Assembly (NCBI GenBank): GCA_913057875.1
Contig: CAJXPI010000001.1
Coordinates: 1-49,402 of the forward strand
Direction: 5' to 3'
DNA: 49,402 bases
DNA from: an uncultured Flavobacteriales bacterium
GTDB taxonomy: Bacteria; Bacteroidota; Bacteroidia; Flavobacteriales_G; Salibacteraceae
The notes under the pieces were generated by a model. That model saw only the letters and a list, made by a program, of their open reading frames with translations. It was not told where the DNA came from and did not search any database. A program made the position numbers and the translations under genes. Numbering within the stretch: the first letter of the stretch is position 1; every line of letters starts with the position of its first letter. Positions 48,601 through 49,402 of the stretch are shown in pieces.

Positions 48601-49238
48601 AACCATAGCGCCAAAGAACCTGTTGAAATTCCACCAGGACTGGTTGAAGCAGAAACGCCTCCTGAGCTGCCAGATCCAGATCCTTTTATTTCTAAATTAT
48701 CAATAGCCCACCACCAATCGTAATTTCCGGTAAAGGTAAATCGAACTTTCGCATTTGCTGAACCTCCAGCTTCAGAGGTAATGTCAATATTAATTAAGGT
48801 GGAGCCGGGGTAATTATCTGTTATTAATGAAGTGTGATCAGCTACTTGAAGCCAAGAGGAGCCGTTATATACTTCTACTTTACACGTTTCAGATCCAGAA
48901 TATTCTCTGTATTGAGAGTCAAATAGCAAATTAATGGTAGTGAATCCGCTAGCATTAAATGAACTAGAAGTCAATGTGGCATCTTGTGAATTCCTGTTTC
49001 CGTAGTAGTCACTGTCTAGAATAGCATACTCTCCACTAAAGTTACCTGCAGAAATATTTCTTCCATCTGGGTCGTCAAATAGCCAAGTTTGAGAACCTCC
49101 AATGTTTGAAGTATTGCTCCAACCTGCAGGAAGCGATCCCGAAGAAAAGTTTTCGCTTATTAAAGTGGTCTGGGCCACAGAAGAGGTTGCCATTGATAAA
49201 AACAATCCCCATATAAGTAGGTGTAATGGTGATTTCAT
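45699..49238 (-). CDS. T9SS type A protein: cleaved-adhesin/MAM-like domain, LamG-like domain, AKYG module, shared C-terminal module (ORF track start 49289)
   Basis: Signal MKSPLHLL..SVA|Q, ENFSSGSLPAGW..WAIDNL, LWLDA..GEIAEV..NYLAAKYG, WNLVGNPYPS, and CTD LDITGK..SGIYLI..KKFV. Confidence 0.88.
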   Translation of the reverse strand: MKSPLHLLIWGLFLSMATSSVAQTTLISENFSSGSLPAGWSNTSNIGGSQTWLFDDPDGRNISAGNFSGEYAILDSDYYGNRNSQDATLTSSSFNASGFTTINLLFDSQYREYSGSETCKVEVYNGSSWLQVADHTSLITDNYPGSTLINIDITSEAGGSANAKVRFTFTGNYDWWWAIDNLEIKGSGSGSSGGVSASTSPGGISTGSLALWLDANHLNYSNNDKVTTWSDLSSEANNAIAANNDAPTYKTNQMNGYPVVDFTKSSKDHLEVSNDNSLNPDKISIIVVGKYTSSSDSWAPFVIKCSDWDWDDGYGIARNNSNNSFLGYVNNYSSNRVSASLSTNSDNIITMVYDKNKVQTYYNGTSKGTDSYSSNINNSSNDLIIGASPNTSGTGTRNYLDGEIAEVILVKEDITDVERIILHNYLAAKYGISLSSSEDYYSQDNSGNGNFDHNVSGIGKASDGSSITVAKGTGIVTIEAETSLSNNDYLFWGENQIASDYSFSTDSDYMERLSSIWRVSTNNTPGAVTIAFDSASLNLSGMTSCAELKLAIANSSSFSGKTTYSLTYENGQYIAENVSFNNGDYFSLEYQDVIAIDQNGFTGGSGTNNAPGTGDECYKLLITSTANLNFNITENANVREMEVQAGGKVSIATNKFLVVTGNIVNNGTISVDENGSLVQKTTGTDSNYGSGTYEITRSGNTNSYIYNIWSSPISSAQLTTIFNDANPCDMWAFEKATQSWKYDFSTGYSTTCYGNSVTFHPPNLLSGGDGVMDVTRGYFIPGNLASARVYSGTVNNGDYTTSIVATALGNPGGTSWADDDWNLVGNPYPSGLSADSFWYENAILNQRITDALYFWDEADTNGGYNSTADYASWNLSGGVESGNSNQQPLGNIASGQGFWVVAKNNESLKFTNSMRVTSNNQFFKREENDQHNAWFRFTSPSGYKNNILVGYNSQSTDGIDDGYDAHKLVGNAHVRFASLISQDEFVIQSMAKLELAETKIVPLVVFTDESGMHTFSNYQRQLMSHSVKIYLVDHVEGVRFDLSTGDYSINLVANTTYDTRFQLEFENTITATNDGSGSKDLGGTSNTDSSNTTTNVRENLKSKGFSFVQKSNVLEIMHSDGFSGKLRILDITGKEVWSKRGIENAQSIRIATHAISSGIYLISISNGNQTFFTKKFVQP

Positions 49239-49286
49239 GTCGTTTAGATTTGACGTTGAAAGAAAAAATGTTGTGTTTAGTGCAGC

Positions 49287-49294
49287 CAAAACTA
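49287..49294 (-). promoter_or_regulatory. Putative -7 promoter element for the first array gene
   Basis: TAGTTTTG on the minus strand. It overlaps the ORF-track TTG start, which favours the ATG at 49238 as the real start. Confidence 0.5.
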
Positions 49295-49376
49295 TCCAGA
49301 GAATAGGTTTTTTATGGATTTTGATTAAAAATTTAAAAAGGTTGGACCAATATTTAAAGGTCTAAAGTATAGTGAC

Positions 49377-49402
49377 CTGTCTCTTATACACATCTGACGC
49401 TG
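49377..49402 (-). other. Nextera/Tn5 sequencing adapter (artefact)
   Basis: CTGTCTCTTATACACATCTGACGCTG is the reverse complement of the adapter at 1-30. Confidence 0.98.

Noticed and set aside
28886-49238. Diversity-generating retroelement, shufflon or CRISPR explanation for the repeats
   Set aside because: No reverse transcriptase, recombinase, cas gene or short identical spaced repeats. Paralogue differences are mostly synonymous and show no evident adenine bias by eye.
31512-49365. Numerous 60-119 aa ORFs inside the four T9SS genes, and 49102-49365
   Set aside because: Antisense or off-frame shadows expected from the biased Asn/Gly/Ser/Thr codon content, with no independent evidence.
1-49402. 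Terminal inverted repeats suggesting a 49-kb Tn5-like composite transposon
   Set aside because: The repeats include the synthetic Nextera tail, sit exactly at the contig ends, and no transposase is present.

Overview
AT-rich bacterial contig, very likely Bacteroidota (Flavobacteriales-like), inferred from T9SS type A and type B sorting domains, TAnnTTTG promoter elements and the gene content. Both ends carry untrimmed Nextera/Tn5 adapter, so the termini are artefacts. Positions 1-8.9 kb hold housekeeping genes: truncated biotin carrier, M1 aminopeptidase, two DUF805 genes, HAD phosphatase, PLP cysteine synthase/CBS, DUF3817, LolC/E-type permease and NamZ-like hydrolase. At 8.9-14.6 kb is a probable iron-regulated operon (DUF4856-like lipoprotein, imelysin, TonB receptor, di-iron desaturase) with a palindromic operator. 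From 14.6 kb on is an accessory signalling and surface block: two paralogous unknown proteins, a PKD/T9SS-B protein, a PAS-only protein, a decayed and apparently internally inverted wzc relic, two hybrid kinases, and a 20-kb tandem array of four T9SS-A proteins. The four share a constant ~500-aa C-terminal module but have different N-terminal parts, one being a 3093-aa protein with nested repeats. No rRNA, tRNA, CRISPR array or transposase was seen. All family calls come from motifs read by eye, not database searches.
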